DNA of 64,000 nucleotides from Phoronis australis (Eukaryota > Animalia > Phoronida), in assembly GCA_002633005.1 (NCBI GenBank), contig NMRA01000485.1:1-64000 (forward strand), given 5' to 3'. Under the pieces are notes generated by a model. The model was not told where the DNA came from and made no database searches. It was given only the letters and a program-made list of their open reading frames with translations. Positions 62,701-64,000 of this stretch are shown here, in pieces. Within the stretch, counting starts at the first letter, position 1; the number at the start of each line of letters is the position of its first letter. A program made the translations under genes and the position numbers.

Positions 62701-63544
62701 CTCTGCAGATGAGCATTAACAATGACATATTGAATGGATTAAGTACAATATTCTCTACTCACACAAAGATGATTTTGGCGTCTTTACTTTTCTCAAGGAG
62801 TAGCTCCCGAACCCGTAGATGGCGATCAGTCTGGAAACAGAGTAGAGCTAATTTCATCAAGGGAAGCCATTAATAGCCCAGGAGCAGTAATCGAATGCTT
62901 ACCACGGCCACACAACACTTACCACGCTCCGCAAAAACTCTTACCAAAAAACTGTGAATTGTTAACAATTCAAACTGTTGACATTACAAGCCCCACATTC
63001 CCTACGACAATTCACCTCCAGGTAATCATAGATCAGCCCGCAGAACACCATGGGTGGTCTTCTTGTCCATCAATCGTTAACATCCACCTGGTAGCAGTCC
63101 TCTTTCCAACACATTATTTGTCTTCAGGTCATTATTATCAACCTGTCAGCACCCCTTCCCTGACCTTGTTGACCTCCAGGTCATTAACATGGACCTGCCA
63201 GCACCCACTACCTGGCTTCACTGGCCTCCAGGCCATTATCACTGACCTGACAAAACCCCTTCAATGGTCTCATTGGCCTCCAGTTCATTACTATACTTCA
63301 TCTGACAGCATGTCTTCCATGGCCCTATTGACTTCCAGGTCATTATTATTGACCAGCCAACACCATTTCCCTGGTTTTATTGGCTTCCAAGTCATTATGA
63401 CTGACCTCCTAGCACACCTTTCCCCCACCTACCCTAGCTTTATTGGCCTCCAGATCATTGTTCGTGATCTTCCATGGCTTGTCCTCTTGTGACTCTCCCT
63501 CAGCCAGAAGCAGAGGAGAGATTAACTCATTGAACTCGGAAACG
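59743..63544 (-). CDS. Na-K-Cl cotransporter (SLC12A1/2 NKCC-like), last three coding exons; gene continues beyond the window
   Basis: Exons 63544-63433 ([11 protein letters not shown]...[16 protein letters not shown]), 62830-62763 ([23 protein letters not shown]) and 59878-59743 ([44 protein letters not shown]). Phases match and the NKCC C-terminal signature is present. Not in the supplied ORF track. Confidence 0.93.
60135..60230 (+). mobile_element. Degenerate tRNA-derived SINE head
   Basis: A-box-like TGGCTCAAAGG and B-box-like GGTTTGAGTCC about 45 bp apart. Confidence 0.45.
60991..61336 (-). mobile_element. Palindromic hammerhead-bearing PLE-type element, copy/allele 1 (tRNA head deleted)
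   Basis: ~150-bp inverted arms over 61024-61339 with almost no spacer. Left TSD at 60978-60990; lacks 68 bp present in copy 2. Confidence 0.75.
61236..61277 (+). ncRNA. Minimal type I hammerhead ribozyme motif
   Basis: CAC-CTGATGA-T-GGCCGG-agaataga-CTGACC-GAAA-C-GTC-GTG. Conserved core boxes, stem II with one mismatch, 3-bp stem I CAC/GTG, palindromic ACGT in place of stem III, GUC triplet (predicted cut after 61274). Confidence 0.75.
62121..62178 (-). promoter_or_regulatory. tRNA-derived RNA polymerase III promoter head
   Basis: Minus strand reads GACTCCGTGATGTAGTGGTTAAGGTGCTGAAGTTTTGGGTTCAAATCCTGCCTAGGAC, with A-box-like TGATGTAGTGG and B-box GGTTCAAATCC. Too short for a real tRNA (no anticodon arm). 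Confidence 0.7.
62233..62274 (+). ncRNA. Minimal type I hammerhead ribozyme motif (copy 2)
   Basis: CAC-CTGATGA-TGGCCGGagaatagaCCTACC-GAAA-C-GTC-GTG. Core intact; stem II weaker than in copy 1. Confidence 0.65.
63110..63475. repeat. Diverged ~52-bp minisatellite (~7 units) overlapping an SLC12A exon end
   Basis: The anchor ccaggtcatt and variants recur at 63124, 63176, 63228, 63280, 63335, 63387 and 63450. Confidence 0.85.
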
Positions 63545-64000
63545 CTGAAACAGGGTGGAATTTGTTAATTGATCAGTGAACTCCCTAAGTTCTCATGAAC
63601 TTGACTCTTGTCAAATAACCTCAAAACAATTTCATTAGTCTCATCTTGTACCTTAGCTCGGAGAGTATTTCTGGACTGGGATAGAACTAACAACTGGTCA
63701 GGCCATTCAGGCAAATCAGAGTTTGCCTTACCCGAGCAGCTGTCAGCTCGTCTTATCCCAGAAATGGTTGAAAGCAACAGATAAGTATAGCCGCAGCATT
63801 GCTTGGTGACAAACAAATTCCAGTAGATAATTAATAGGCACAATCATATGATTATCACTAAATCATTAACCAATCAAACAACAGGGTCGAGGTAGAATTT
63901 CGTGAAACTTCGATCGTTGTCCTAGCACATCTACAGGGTTGATTGCTACACCCAACAGTTCAGTATAGTTCAACGGTTGAAGTCATTATTACTGTCACAG

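Noticed and set aside
63110-63475. Possible CRISPR-like array
   Set aside because: Whole units are homologous with no unique spacers, there are no cas genes, and the context is a eukaryotic intron.
62959-63492. 177-aa plus-strand ORF
   Set aside because: Runs through the 52-bp minisatellite antisense to SLC12A; no recognisable domain.

Overview
Eukaryotic, intron-rich, AT-rich invertebrate-type metazoan DNA; the species cannot be determined from the sequence. Four host genes can be spliced by hand with consistent GT-AG phases: MRPS11 (+, 24079-29840), AFG2B/SPATA5L1 AAA+ ATPase (-, 32050-42000), FBXO22 (+, head-to-head with AFG2B, 47880-53387) and the last three exons of an NKCC-type SLC12A transporter (-, 59743-63544). 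Also present: the first exon of a secreted C-type lectin, the 3' end of a Ty3/gypsy element (integrase, PPT, 144-bp LTR), LINE remnants and many MITE-like inverted repeats. Three near-identical direct duplications are each joined by a single N and are probably two alleles assembled in tandem. The most interesting object lies in the last SLC12A intron: a ~415-bp non-coding palindromic element with a 13-bp target-site duplication, a tRNA-derived Pol III head, two oppositely oriented minimal hammerhead-ribozyme motifs and a ~33-bp tail. It looks like a non-autonomous, tRNA-headed Penelope-like (PLE) ribozyme retroelement. All coordinates were read by eye; no database search was run.
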